Assembly: GCA_018672235.1 (NCBI GenBank)
Contig: JABHGE010000031.1
Coordinates: forward strand, 1 to 52,763
DNA: 52,763 bases
Source of the DNA: Fidelibacterota bacterium
GTDB taxonomy: Bacteria; Fidelibacterota; Marinisomatia; Marinisomatales; Marinisomataceae
Reading direction: 5' to 3'
The notes beneath the pieces were generated by a model, which saw only the letters and a program-made list of their open reading frames with translations, had not been told where the DNA came from and ran no database searches. Below are positions 10,537 to 21,078 of the stretch, piece after piece. The translations under genes were made by a program, and so were the position numbers. Each line of letters begins with the position of its first letter. Positions within the stretch are counted from its first letter, which is position 1.

Positions 10537-11850
10537 CTAAAGAAGACCTGATAGTAATAAGTGTGTCAAGATACTAGCTACATATCCAATGAAAATAACT
10601 CCCGACCATTTTAAATGACTAGAAAAAGTATATACGCCTTTTGCTTGTCCCATTAAAGCAACTCCTGGAGCAGAACCAATTGATAATAAACTTCCTCCCA
10701 CTCCTGCAGTTAGAGTAATTAACAGCCATTGATCTAAATTCATTGTTGTTGTATCATGCATTTGAATCACAGAAAACATAACGGGTATATTATCTACTAA
10801 AGCTGAGATAATACCCATAAGTGAATTAGCTACCGTAAAACCTAATCCATCATAAAGAGAATTATTTAATACTGCCAGATAACCTATTTCAGACAGCCCT
10901 GCCACACACATAATTACCCCATAAAAGAAAAGTAATGTATCCCATTCTGCTTGAGCTACTTGTTTAAAAACTCCAAAAGGCTGGTCTGACCCGTCTCTTG
11001 AAATAGTTTTTGGTGCAGAATAAGTGCGCTTTAAATAATATCCAAAAAATTGCAATAAACTAAATCCAGTCATCATTCCAAATACAGGGGGAATATGAAG
11101 GAAATTTTCAAATGAAACTGCTAAAAGTATTGTTATTAAAAAGAGCAGCATAATAGTTTTTGCACCACGTTTTAACTGAACTGGATTATTATCGACATCT
11201 TGTGATGAACCATTAATAAAAAAACTCATAATAAAAGCTGGAATTATAAAATTGACTAAAGAAGGAATAAATAATGCAAAAAACTGTGTGAACTCTACAT
11301 AGCCTGCTTGCCATACCATTAAAGTCGTGATATCACCAAATGGACTAAAGGCCCCTCCTGCATTTGCTGCAACAACAATGTTAACACAACTTATGCTAAC
11401 AAAATTTTTATTGCCTACTCCAACGGCCATTACAACAGCGCACATAGTTAGAGCTGTAGTTAGATTATCTGCTATTGGAGATAAGAAAAATGCCATAAAA
11501 CCAGTAATCCAGAATAATTTTTTATAAGAATAATCTTGAGCTAATAGTCGTGATCTTAATTTTTCAAATACATTTCGCTCTGTCATAGAATTAATAAATG
11601 TCATAGCGACTAAAAGAAATAGCATTAATTGAGAAAATTCAGAAAATGCATGCATAATTGCTTCTTCTACATGCTCTGAATGACCATATTTTGCTCCAAC
11701 TCCAGCTATCATCGCCCAAATAAGACCAGCTGCAAGCAAAACAGGTTTTGATTTTCGTAGATGCGTGACCTCTTCTGTCATAACAAATGCGTATGCAATC
11801 ACAAATAAAATTAGCGATGCAATACCTACTGGGTGATTTAGTAAATCCAT
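10537..11850 (-). CDS. nhaD: Na+/H+ antiporter NhaD
   Basis: LRKSKPVLLAAGLIW, PIADNLTTAL, ANAGGAFSPFGDITT, GGSLLSIGSA. Start set at ATG 11850 (track uses TTG 11859). Confidence 0.9.
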   Translation of the reverse strand: MDLLNHPVGIASLILFVIAYAFVMTEEVTHLRKSKPVLLAAGLIWAMIAGVGAKYGHSEHVEEAIMHAFSEFSQLMLFLLVAMTFINSMTERNVFEKLRSRLLAQDYSYKKLFWITGFMAFFLSPIADNLTTALTMCAVVMAVGVGNKNFVSISCVNIVVAANAGGAFSPFGDITTLMVWQAGYVEFTQFFALFIPSLVNFIIPAFIMSFFINGSSQDVDNNPVQLKRGAKTIMLLFLITILLAVSFENFLHIPPVFGMMTGFSLLQFFGYYLKRTYSAPKTISRDGSDQPFGVFKQVAQAEWDTLLFFYGVIMCVAGLSEIGYLAVLNNSLYDGLGFTVANSLMGIISALVDNIPVMFSVIQMHDTTTMNLDQWLLITLTAGVGGSLLSIGSAPGVALMGQAKGVYTFSSHLKWSGVIFIGYVASILTHLLLSGLL

Positions 11851-11920
11851 AGAAAACAATTTAAATCAAATCAATATAAAAAATGACCAAAATCGAATAA
11901 ATATTATTTAAATTTGTTAT

Positions 11921-12082
11921 ATGGAATACTTAATAGTAATTATGATATTTGGATTATGTGCTTTAGCTATGAATATTGGACTAATTTTTAAAAATAAGCC
12001 TCTTAAAAAAGCATGTGGAGACTCTCCTGATGGATGTGAAATTTGTGGCGGCGAACCAGATCGTTGTGAAAGTAATATTTAA
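11921..12082 (+). CDS. nqrM: Na+-NQR maturation factor NqrM (DUF539)
   Basis: Manual translation MEYLIVIMIFGLCALAMNIGLIFKNKPLKKACGDSPDGCEICGGEPDRCESNI: one TM helix plus a four-Cys tail; adjacent to apbE. Not in ORF track. Confidence 0.85.
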   Translation: MEYLIVIMIFGLCALAMNIGLIFKNKPLKKACGDSPDGCEICGGEPDRCESNI

Positions 12083-13098
12083 TTCTTAGGAAAATTTCTT
12101 GAAACTACTTGCTTAAAACTCATATCTGGATTAATAAAAATCATCAATCCTTCAAATTTTGTGTCATTGAAGAAATTCTGAATGTCATCAAAATTCATCA
12201 TATAAAGAGCAGTAGCTAAACCATCTGCCTCCATACATGATGTTGTAGTAAATACTGATATAGATGCTAGTTTAGACATGATAGGATATCCTGTTAAGGG
12301 GTTAATTTCATGATGGTAAAATCTATCATCTTCGTCAATATAAAAATTTCTATAATTACCTGATGTTGCAATAGATCCATTCTTAATTGGAGCAATGTAC
12401 TCTATTTCATTAGATATATTATCTATTGATGGAGTATTAATGCCAATCTTCCAAATCTTTCCATCAGACTTTCCCCTAACTTCTCCACCGATTTCTACAA
12501 AAATATTATCATAGCCCAAGTTTGTAATAATTTTATCTACAGCATAGCCCTTAGCTATTGAACTTAAATCAATTTCAACTCTAGGATCTTTCTTCCTAAT
12601 CTTATTATCATAAATTTCAATTAAATCTTGTCCTACAAATGACAAAACACTATCTATATCAGCAGCTGTTGGGATATCTAAAAATTTATCTGGACCAAAA
12701 CCCCAAAGATTAACCAATGGCATAACCGTAATATCATATAGCCCATTAGATATTTTATGATACTGAAATGAAGATTGTACTACAAAAGCAAAATCTTCAG
12801 ATATGTCCATCCATTCTGTATTATTGATTCTATTAAATTTTGAGATTTCACTATCATCAATGTATGTGGACATTTGCATATTAATATCTCTTAAAATCTC
12901 TTCAACTTTGTCTTTATTCTTTTTGATATCATCACTACTCTTGATATCTGTGGCGTACTTAACTGTATATGTAGTGCCCATGGTATTGCCAGCGATTATT
13001 GGAAAATGATATAAGTTATTCTTTGAAGAATTATCTAAAGAGTTACAGCTAATTAAAAATAAAATAAATAGATAGGGCCTATTACCCAAAATCATCAT
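12079..13098 (-). CDS. apbE: FAD:protein FMN transferase (lipoprotein)
   Basis: Lipobox LISC, TMGT, DLSSIAKGYAVD, EIGGE, ATSGNYR, ADGLATA; follows nqrF. Confidence 0.93.
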   Translation of the reverse strand: MMILGNRPYLFILFLISCNSLDNSSKNNLYHFPIIAGNTMGTTYTVKYATDIKSSDDIKKNKDKVEEILRDINMQMSTYIDDSEISKFNRINNTEWMDISEDFAFVVQSSFQYHKISNGLYDITVMPLVNLWGFGPDKFLDIPTAADIDSVLSFVGQDLIEIYDNKIRKKDPRVEIDLSSIAKGYAVDKIITNLGYDNIFVEIGGEVRGKSDGKIWKIGINTPSIDNISNEIEYIAPIKNGSIATSGNYRNFYIDEDDRFYHHEINPLTGYPIMSKLASISVFTTTSCMEADGLATALYMMNFDDIQNFFNDTKFEGLMIFINPDMSFKQVVSRNFPKN

Positions 13099-14308
13099 AA
13101 TCGATCATATCTTCTTCAACGCCTAAATTCCAAAGCATATTTTGTACAGCGCTAATCATCATAGGCGGGCCACATAAATAATATTCACACTCAGTAGGAT
13201 CTTCATGTTTTTCAAGGTGCATATCACTTACCACTTGATGGATAAAGCCTTGAGGGCCATCCCAATTATCTTCTGGTAAAGGGTCTGATAGAGCTACCTG
13301 GTAAGTAAAATTATCAAATTCTTCAGCTAGAGCTTTAAACTCATCATCGTAGAACATTTCTTTCTCAGATCGAGCACCATACCAAAATGAAATTTTACGT
13401 GTTGTTTTTTCTGTTTTTAATAAATGAAAAATATGAGATCTTAATGGAGCCATTCCTGCTCCACCTCCAATATATACCATTTCACGATCTGTATCTTTGA
13501 TATGAAATTCTCCATATGGTCCTGATACAGTTACCTTATCTCCTTCTTTCAAATTGAAAGTGTAAGAAGATGCAATTCCTGGAGGAACATTAGGGTTATT
13601 AGGTGGAGGACTAGCAATACGAATATTTAACATTATCATATTACCTTCAGCCGGATGATTTGCCATGGAGTACGCTCTGAAGACTGGCTCTTTATTTTCA
13701 GCTTTATATTGCCAAATATCAAATTTATCCCAATCGCTAGTATACATATCTTGTATTTCAAAATTTTTGTAATCTAAATCCTTATACTGAGGAACATCAA
13801 TCTGAATGTATCCACCTGATTGAAAAACAATAGGATCATCTTCTGGAAGTTCAAGAATTAATTCTTTAATAAAGGTCGCTACATTATCGTTAGATTTAAC
13901 AACTGCATCCCATTTTCTAATACTAAAAATTTCATCTGGAACTTGAATTTTCATATCATTTCTTATTTTTACCTGACAACCCAATCTCCAGTTATCTTTT
14001 TGATCTTGTCTATTAATATATGCTGCTTCAGTAGGTAAGATATCTCCACCACCTTCAATTACCTGACATTTACATTGAGCGCAAGTACCTTGTCCGCCAC
14101 ATGCCGATGGTAAATATACATTCTGTGCTCCTAGTGCAGATAATACTGTGCCTCCAGTATCAACAGTTATAGATTTGTCTGGATCATCATTAATTACTAT
14201 TGTCACTTCACCTTGAGGCAATAGAATATTACCAAGAACATTTAGTACGATTACTAATAAAAGAATTACTGAGCTAAAAACTACTACGCCGATAAAAATA
14301 TCATTCAT
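13082..14308 (-). CDS. nqrF: Na+-translocating NADH:quinone reductase subunit F
   Basis: SACGGQGTCAQC 2Fe-2S motif, RAYSMAN, GGGAGMAP, YLCGPP, C-terminal DDFG. Confidence 0.97.
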   Translation of the reverse strand: MNDIFIGVVVFSSVILLLVIVLNVLGNILLPQGEVTIVINDDPDKSITVDTGGTVLSALGAQNVYLPSACGGQGTCAQCKCQVIEGGGDILPTEAAYINRQDQKDNWRLGCQVKIRNDMKIQVPDEIFSIRKWDAVVKSNDNVATFIKELILELPEDDPIVFQSGGYIQIDVPQYKDLDYKNFEIQDMYTSDWDKFDIWQYKAENKEPVFRAYSMANHPAEGNMIMLNIRIASPPPNNPNVPPGIASSYTFNLKEGDKVTVSGPYGEFHIKDTDREMVYIGGGAGMAPLRSHIFHLLKTEKTTRKISFWYGARSEKEMFYDDEFKALAEEFDNFTYQVALSDPLPEDNWDGPQGFIHQVVSDMHLEKHEDPTECEYYLCGPPMMISAVQNMLWNLGVEEDMIDYDDFG

Positions 14309-14949
14309 TATAAATCAATCCCCGAAAATGCCATAAATGCCATAGAAAGTAATCCTGTTAATAACATTGCCATTCCTACGCCTCTTAATCTTGGAGGTAT
14401 ATTAGAGTAGCGTAACCTATATCTTACAGATGCTAATGCTACGATAGCTAGGAAGAATCCAACCCCAGAACCAAAACCGTAAACCATAGTTTCGGTAACA
14501 TTGTATTCTCTTTCAACCATGAACAAGGAGCCGCCTAATATTGAACAATTAACCGCAATTAAAGGAAGAAAAATTCCGAGACTGTTGTAAAGAGACTGAG
14601 AAAAACGCTCCATAAACATTTCTACTAATTGCACCATGGCTGCGATTACAGAAATAAAGACAATCAATTTTAAAAAACTTAAATCTGTATTAGAAAAATC
14701 ATATTGAACACTAAATAATGTGTTCAACCAAACCAACGCACCTTTACTTAATAAAAATTCATAAATAAACCAATTAATAGGAGCAGTAATAGTTAGAACA
14801 ACGACCACAGCCATCCCGATACCTACCGAAGCATCTATCTTTTTAGAAATAGCTAAAAATGAACATAGTCCTAGGAAGTATGCTAGGACGATATTTTCAA
14901 TAAATACCGCTTTAGTAAAAATACTTAGATAATGCTCAAAACCGCCCAT
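14308..14949 (-). CDS. nqrE: Na+-NQR subunit E
   Basis: EN..LAYFLGLCSFLA, LGIFLPLIAVNC; operon position. Confidence 0.95.
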   Translation of the reverse strand: MGGFEHYLSIFTKAVFIENIVLAYFLGLCSFLAISKKIDASVGIGMAVVVVLTITAPINWFIYEFLLSKGALVWLNTLFSVQYDFSNTDLSFLKLIVFISVIAAMVQLVEMFMERFSQSLYNSLGIFLPLIAVNCSILGGSLFMVEREYNVTETMVYGFGSGVGFFLAIVALASVRYRLRYSNIPPRLRGVGMAMLLTGLLSMAFMAFSGIDL

Positions 14950-15602
14950 TATTCACCTTCCTCAATTCCAAGAAGTTCTCTTTGCGTCCAAATAACTAAA
15001 CCTAATATGAAAAATGCACCGGGGGATAATACTAGTAGGCCAATATTTTCATAGCCTGCTGCATACCAAGCCTCAGGAATACTAAACAGTACATAACCTG
15101 CACCACCATCAGGTAAAGTAATAGTACCTGCACCAAATAATTCTCTAAAAAATGATACAATAATAATAATCATTCCATATCCAAGACCATTACCAAGCCC
15201 ATCTAAAAATGCTTTTGATGGACCGTTCTTTAAGGCAAATGCCTCTGCTCTTCCCATAATGATACAGTTAGTAATAATTAGACCAACAAACACTGATAAC
15301 TGTTTACTCATATCATATAAGTAAGCTTGTAATAATTCATCAACGACGGAAACAAGAGATGCAATAACAGATAGCATAATTACAATTCTAACTCGAGCAG
15401 GGATATAGTCACGAATAACAGATAAAATTACATTCGATGAGCACAATACAAAAATCACTGCCAATGTCATTATAATAGCTTGATCTAAACGGATTGTTAC
15501 AGCTAGAGCTGAACAAATTCCAAGAACTTGTAATGAAATTGGGTTATTAACGTTTATTGGGTCGTTAATAATCTTTTTTGATTCTGAATTAAATATTTCC
15601 AT
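14949..15602 (-). CDS. nqrD: Na+-NQR subunit D
   Basis: [40 protein letters not shown]. Confidence 0.95.
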   Translation of the reverse strand: MEIFNSESKKIINDPINVNNPISLQVLGICSALAVTIRLDQAIIMTLAVIFVLCSSNVILSVIRDYIPARVRIVIMLSVIASLVSVVDELLQAYLYDMSKQLSVFVGLIITNCIIMGRAEAFALKNGPSKAFLDGLGNGLGYGMIIIIVSFFRELFGAGTITLPDGGAGYVLFSIPEAWYAAGYENIGLLVLSPGAFFILGLVIWTQRELLGIEEGE

Positions 15603-16302
15603 CAGCTCTTACCTTATTAAAATATGATTCATATCTTCCTAGATCTTCTTTTAGGAAGTTACCTACTCCCTTACCTGTTACGGTTGCACCTGAAATACCG
15701 TCAACTTGATGCACAGAATAAGGACTAGAAGAATCAACTTTTCCCTTCAAAACCTCTATCCCAATAACTCTATCATCTTGGGATCTAATTTTTTTACCTA
15801 CAAAATTATTTGTAAACCAAGCCTTCTCAACTTCTCCTCCTAATCCTGGAGTTTCACCATGCTTATAAAATTGAATACCAAGAACAGTGTCGGTATCAGG
15901 TTCTAATGCAATATAACCAAATACTGTAGACCATAGTCCTTTTCCAGCAACAGGTACTGCGATTCCTTCTGTTTTGCTATCTACAACCTTTAAATAGACT
16001 GGCAATACTTCGACATTTCTTTCAGTATCAACCTCTTCAAGAATACAATCAATAATATTTCCATTTGTATCAACACAAAATGCTTGAACATTTTTACTAA
16101 AAATTCTTTCTACAACTTCATTCGACCAGGGTTCGCTTTCTGTTTCTACAAAATCTAGTGATCGTAAAATATTTTTCTTTATATCTGCTTTCAAATTGTA
16201 CTCTTGTAGATGTCTAACATTTTCTTTTGTAAATGATAAAAGGGTTCCTAGAATAACAGTCACAATAAAAACAAAGCCTAATGTATAATTATTACTATGC
16301 AT
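15589..16302 (-). CDS. nqrC: Na+-NQR subunit C
   Basis: [19 protein letters not shown] site DGISGAT. Confidence 0.95.
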   Translation of the reverse strand: MHSNNYTLGFVFIVTVILGTLLSFTKENVRHLQEYNLKADIKKNILRSLDFVETESEPWSNEVVERIFSKNVQAFCVDTNGNIIDCILEEVDTERNVEVLPVYLKVVDSKTEGIAVPVAGKGLWSTVFGYIALEPDTDTVLGIQFYKHGETPGLGGEVEKAWFTNNFVGKKIRSQDDRVIGIEVLKGKVDSSSPYSVHQVDGISGATVTGKGVGNFLKEDLGRYESYFNKVRADGNI

Positions 16303-17482
16303 TTCTCGACATTCTCATATTAATGTTTGATTTAACTATATAATAATCTATTAATGGCGCAAACATATTCATAATTAATATGGCTAACATTACACCTTCA
16401 GGATAAGCTGGATTCACAGATCTAATAATTACTGTTAATACTCCAATCATAAATCCGTATATCCATCTTCCTTTATTTGTATGCGTAGATGTTACTGGCT
16501 CACTTGCCATAAATACTGTTCCAAACAAAAAACTACCAATCAAAATGTGTTGTAGTGGCGTAATAGTCAGCATAGCATTCGTTGAATATTCTGCTAAAAG
16601 ATTAAATAGTCCTGCAGTAAATACTAATCCTAATACTGATGCCATCATAATTCTCCAAGAAGCAATACCGCAATAAATCAAAAATATACCTCCTAAAAGA
16701 ATTAGAAGCTTATTGGTTTCACCTATGGAACCTGGAATCAATCCCCAAAATAAATTCAGTGTTGAAAAATCAAATTGAGTAGCTTGATTGAATAAATTTG
16801 TAGCTGTATCATATTCTGATGGATTTGCTGGTATTGAAAGTGCTGTTGCTCCAGTATAACCATCAGGCCCTACCGCCCATACTTTTTCACCTGATATTTT
16901 TGTTGGAAAGGCAAAGTACATAAAAGCACGTGCAGTCAATGCAGGATTGAATACATTTGTGCCAACACCTCCAAAAATCTCTTTTCCGATAATTATTCCA
17001 AAAGAAGTTCCAATAAATAATTGCCATAATGGAATGTCTGGTGGCATTGTTAATGGAATCAGAGCGCAAGAAACAAGAAAACCTTCATTGATTTCATGCT
17101 TTCTAATGACTGCAAATGTAATTTCACAAATTGCTCCTGCTATAAAAGTAACAATTAAAATAGGTAGAACGTATGTCATTCCAAGAATAAAGTTGCTCAT
17201 AACAGAACTTGAAACACCCATAGCCGCTGAATATAAATATCCAATATTATAGGCACCAAATAAATAGCATGGTATTAGAGCAATAACTACAAAGAACATA
17301 GTTCTTTTGATATCCATATTATCTCTAATATGTGGACCTGATTTATTTTGAGAATCTGTTGAGAACAATATTGTATCAGTTGCTTCCCATAAAGGGTATG
17401 CAAATGATAGGGGTTTCCCTTCCTCAAAAAGTTTGCCAGATTTTGCTAATATTTTTTTTAAAAAATTCATCTTATTTATCAA
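16295..17482 (-). CDS. nqrB: Na+-NQR subunit B
   Basis: PHIRD, KEIFGGVGTNVFNPAL, FMN site DGYTGAT, NPAYPEGVMLAIL. Confidence 0.95.
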   Translation of the reverse strand: MINKMNFLKKILAKSGKLFEEGKPLSFAYPLWEATDTILFSTDSQNKSGPHIRDNMDIKRTMFFVVIALIPCYLFGAYNIGYLYSAAMGVSSSVMSNFILGMTYVLPILIVTFIAGAICEITFAVIRKHEINEGFLVSCALIPLTMPPDIPLWQLFIGTSFGIIIGKEIFGGVGTNVFNPALTARAFMYFAFPTKISGEKVWAVGPDGYTGATALSIPANPSEYDTATNLFNQATQFDFSTLNLFWGLIPGSIGETNKLLILLGGIFLIYCGIASWRIMMASVLGLVFTAGLFNLLAEYSTNAMLTITPLQHILIGSFLFGTVFMASEPVTSTHTNKGRWIYGFMIGVLTVIIRSVNPAYPEGVMLAILIMNMFAPLIDYYIVKSNINMRMSRNA

Positions 17483-18809
17483 AATAGATTGTATCTAGTC
17501 CCTTTCTAATTACTCCCCCTACGTCCGTTTTACTCGGACATACAAATGAACATAGTGCTACATCTTCTTCATCGCATTCATAAATACCTAATTGCTCCAT
17601 CTCTTCAAAATCATTTGCTTCAATACTACGCAACAATGCATTGATATAAATATTCATAGGGAATACTTTTTCCCAAGCTTCAATAGGAACAAAAGCTCGA
17701 TGACTCCCATTCTGAAGAGTTGTAAAATTATAAGGAGATTTATTGCTTCCTAAATATGCATTAAAAACACTATACTTCGATGAACCTCCAGGATGCAACC
17801 AACCTACAAATGATCTATCAAAAGATTCTTCGATTATGGATATAGAAGAATGATAAAAACCTAAATATTCATTCATTGTAGATTCTTTTCCCGTCAACAC
17901 ATCTCCAGAAATAATTCTCACCTGGTCTGTAGATAGATTTCCTTTACAATAAGATTCTAACGAAGCTCCAATTCTTGATTTGAAATAGGAAGGATTACTT
18001 ACGGCAGGTCCACTTAAATTTATAGTAATAGATGGGTCAAATATCCCATCAGAAAATAATTTTCCAAGAATAGGTAAGTGATGTCCTTGTACTGTCCACA
18101 CAACATCCTTCTTATTGATTGGATTAACATGATTAAGTATCACTCCTATATTACCAGATGGATGCGGTCCCTCTACTTGAATAATATCTATAAAATCTAG
18201 ATCAGATAAATAGTCAAATTCACCCGGATTGACGGCTACAAAAAGTTTTCCCTCTGTCAATTTCTTTAAATTTAAAAGAGCGCTAACAAGAGAATCTTTA
18301 TTTGATGCTAATGTAAAATTATAATCAACTGATAAGGGAGCAGTATTTGCCAAACTGACAATAATACATTTTGGTTTGTCAGAAGGATTTGCAACTTTGT
18401 TAAATGGTCTTTGTGTGATAAAAGGCCACATATTTTTTTCTAATAAATAATTAACTACATCATCTTTATTACCTAATTTTTTTTTCTCGCTATTAGATTG
18501 TTCATTCTCAATATTAGTATCGATGCTAAAAATAATTTCTTTTATTGATCTTCGCTCACCATAGACAATTTTTGAAATCTTACCGGATGCAATTGCTGGC
18601 CATTTAACATCAGGAGATAGCTTGTCAAAAAATATCGGATCTCCCAGCTTTACAATATCATTTTCTTTGACTAAAAGTTTTGGTTTGATGTATCTAAAAT
18701 TTTCAGGAGATAAAGAAACTGTATTATTTTTTTGAGGTGCAAAAATTTCTCTGGATGCGACTCCAGCAATGTTAATGTTATGGCCTTTTTTAACTTTTAT
18801 TTTCAACAT
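17472..18809 (-). CDS. nqrA: Na+-NQR subunit A
   Basis: IKVKKGHNINIAG, GPHPSGN, EEDVALCSFVCPSK. Confidence 0.95.
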   Translation of the reverse strand: MLKIKVKKGHNINIAGVASREIFAPQKNNTVSLSPENFRYIKPKLLVKENDIVKLGDPIFFDKLSPDVKWPAIASGKISKIVYGERRSIKEIIFSIDTNIENEQSNSEKKKLGNKDDVVNYLLEKNMWPFITQRPFNKVANPSDKPKCIIVSLANTAPLSVDYNFTLASNKDSLVSALLNLKKLTEGKLFVAVNPGEFDYLSDLDFIDIIQVEGPHPSGNIGVILNHVNPINKKDVVWTVQGHHLPILGKLFSDGIFDPSITINLSGPAVSNPSYFKSRIGASLESYCKGNLSTDQVRIISGDVLTGKESTMNEYLGFYHSSISIIEESFDRSFVGWLHPGGSSKYSVFNAYLGSNKSPYNFTTLQNGSHRAFVPIEAWEKVFPMNIYINALLRSIEANDFEEMEQLGIYECDEEDVALCSFVCPSKTDVGGVIRKGLDTIYFDK

Positions 18810-18906
18810 AAATTTAGGCGCTTAGTTTCACCCTTATTTTAGACATGAGAAAGTAATAAAAAAGATGGTTGAGTTCTATATAATATTTAAAGAAATGAAA
18901 AAAAAA

Positions 18907-20115
18907 TTATTTTTTAGCTTTCCATTCAAAATAATTTCCATCATATGATACTTTTTCTTGCCACTCTTTTACCTTGCTATCAATTATATTCATAGTATCT
19001 GAACTTACATCTTCTAATAAGTCAATTGTTAAATCTCCAACTGTTTTTGCACTAACTCTAGAAGCTTTAATATTTCCTTTACCAGTTACAGCATTACCCA
19101 TTCCATGAACTTTATCTAGTTCATCAAATTTTCCAGATTCTTGATCAACAATATTGTATGTTGAGCCATCCATAGGCACTCCTTCGATCGGTTCTGGTAA
19201 ACTTCCTATTGAACTTATTATAATACTTCCTTCTAAAGTATCATCTGATCCTTCAATGGCAATTGGTTTACCGTTTACAATCTCATTCTTAATAATCTTA
19301 AGACCTTCTAACTTTTCATCTACTATATGCAATCCAGTTGGTTGAGTACATTCTGCAACATTAAATAAAAACTTATTTTGCATATTTTCAAGAACTTTTC
19401 TTCGAGCTAATTTACGTTTTGCAATCATCTCAGTATCTGCATTATCGGGAATAGTTGTCAAAGGCATATTTTCTACATCTCTTCGATATACAAGAGTAGC
19501 TCCATGAATATTCAGCGTATTATAATCTATATCATGCATTTCTAGATATTTTGGAACGCCTTTATGTTCCATTTCAACAATATCAAAACCTTCAATCTGT
19601 GATTCAATCTTCTGCTTTACTAGCTCTAATTGTATAATTTTACATACATCAATAGACGCAAGTCCTCCACCTACTACCAAAGCATTATCCCTAACATTTA
19701 CTGAAGGTCCATTATAGCTAGCTTCATGATAATGATTAAACCAGTACACAAATGGATTCTGATAATAAAAGTTTGAAAAATTTTCGATTTCAGCAAACGG
19801 AAAAGATCTGTCGTTCCATGCACCGTTTGCAAAATAAATACAACTCCAATCTATATCATAGATATCTTTAAAATCTAAATCTTTACCTAATCTAGTAAGC
19901 GGAACAAAATCTACTAATTCATGAGACATAATATCGTCAATTTTGAAATACTCTTTAGTACGTTGCTTATCATGCCATCTTGGAAGTCCATCTTCAATTT
20001 TTCCATAGGGCATATGGTTTTGATCAATGACAACACAACGAACTCCTTCTGCTGTCAATTTTTTTGCAGCGGTTGAACCTGATACTGCCCCTCCTATAAT
20101 TAATACTGCCTTCAT
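18907..20115 (-). CDS. FAD/NAD(P)-dependent oxidoreductase (GltD/ferredoxin-NADP reductase-like, no Fe-S domain)
   Basis: N-terminal IIGGAVSG, PYGKIEDGLPRWH, second Rossmann VVGGGLASID, YRR motif. Confidence 0.65.
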   Translation of the reverse strand: MKAVLIIGGAVSGSTAAKKLTAEGVRCVVIDQNHMPYGKIEDGLPRWHDKQRTKEYFKIDDIMSHELVDFVPLTRLGKDLDFKDIYDIDWSCIYFANGAWNDRSFPFAEIENFSNFYYQNPFVYWFNHYHEASYNGPSVNVRDNALVVGGGLASIDVCKIIQLELVKQKIESQIEGFDIVEMEHKGVPKYLEMHDIDYNTLNIHGATLVYRRDVENMPLTTIPDNADTEMIAKRKLARRKVLENMQNKFLFNVAECTQPTGLHIVDEKLEGLKIIKNEIVNGKPIAIEGSDDTLEGSIIISSIGSLPEPIEGVPMDGSTYNIVDQESGKFDELDKVHGMGNAVTGKGNIKASRVSAKTVGDLTIDLLEDVSSDTMNIIDSKVKEWQEKVSYDGNYFEWKAKK

Positions 20116-20133
20116 TTTAATACTGCTTTCATT
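20100..20133. repeat. 17-bp tandem duplication spanning the start codon of the oxidoreductase
   Basis: ttaatactgccttcatt (20100-20116) followed by ttaatactgctttcatt (20117-20133); 16/17 identical. Confidence 0.9.
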
Positions 20134-20162
20134 AATTTGTTTATTTGTTAAATTTATCTGGT

Positions 20163-21074
20163 ATGAAATTAATAAATTATTTGATAATTCAAATCATTCC
20201 TTTTTTGCCAAAGATTTTTGTTCGTCTTGTGGCATCTCCCTACATCGCAGGTATTACTGATGATGAAATGTTAACTAATGTAAAAAAGTTAAATGATAAG
20301 GGGTATGATGTTGCCATTGATATTTTAGGAGAACATGTAGCAACAAAAGAAGAGGCAACTGAGATTACTAAACGCTATGCAAATTTATATGATAGAATTG
20401 CACTACAAGATTTAAATGCAAACCTATCTATCAAATTAACTCATATTGGTCAAGACTTGGGATATGATTTAGTTGAACGCAATCTGATGATTCTAGTAAG
20501 TGCTGCAAAAAAACATAATAATTTTTTACGTCTTGATATGGAAAACTCACCATATACATCAGAAACAATTACTCTATATAAAAAAGCATTTGAAAATTAT
20601 TCCAATGTTGGAATCGTACTACAAGCCTATATGCATAGATCCATGGATGATATAGATAAATTATCTAATAAAATGTTTAATGTCAGAATTTGTAAAGGCA
20701 TATATGTTGAGAATGAAAATATAGCTTACAGAGATTATCAGAAAATAAGAGATAATTATATTGTATTAGTTCAACATGCACTTATAAAAGGTTCATATGT
20801 AGGAATTGCCAGTCATGATGAATATCTAATTGATGAACTATATACATGGATTAAAGATAATAACATTTCTACCAGTCAATATGAATTCCAAATACTACAT
20901 GGAGTACCAATGGAAAAAAAGCTCCAACAATTAATGAAAGAAGGCAATAAGGTGCGTGTCTATGTTCCCTATGGAGATAATTGGTATGATTATTCTATTA
21001 GGCGATTAAAAGAGAATCCTAAAATGGCGGGATATATTATTAAAAATATTTTTAGTAAAATTTTTAGTCGATAA
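20163..21074 (+). CDS. putB: Monofunctional proline dehydrogenase
   Basis: YIAG, DILGE, SIKLT, RLDME, VLQAY, RICKGIY, ASHD, VRVYVPYG..WYDYSIRRLKENP. ATG 20163 preferred to TTG 20145. Confidence 0.9.
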   Translation: MKLINYLIIQIIPFLPKIFVRLVASPYIAGITDDEMLTNVKKLNDKGYDVAIDILGEHVATKEEATEITKRYANLYDRIALQDLNANLSIKLTHIGQDLGYDLVERNLMILVSAAKKHNNFLRLDMENSPYTSETITLYKKAFENYSNVGIVLQAYMHRSMDDIDKLSNKMFNVRICKGIYVENENIAYRDYQKIRDNYIVLVQHALIKGSYVGIASHDEYLIDELYTWIKDNNISTSQYEFQILHGVPMEKKLQQLMKEGNKVRVYVPYGDNWYDYSIRRLKENPKMAGYIIKNIFSKIFSR

Positions 21075-21078
21075 ATAA

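Noticed and set aside
18477-18485. Nine-nt homopolymer in nqrA, similar A/T runs elsewhere, and (ATT)5 at 46503-46517, as possible phase-variation sites
   Set aside because: In-frame Lys or Asn codons in intact core genes; expected at this base composition.
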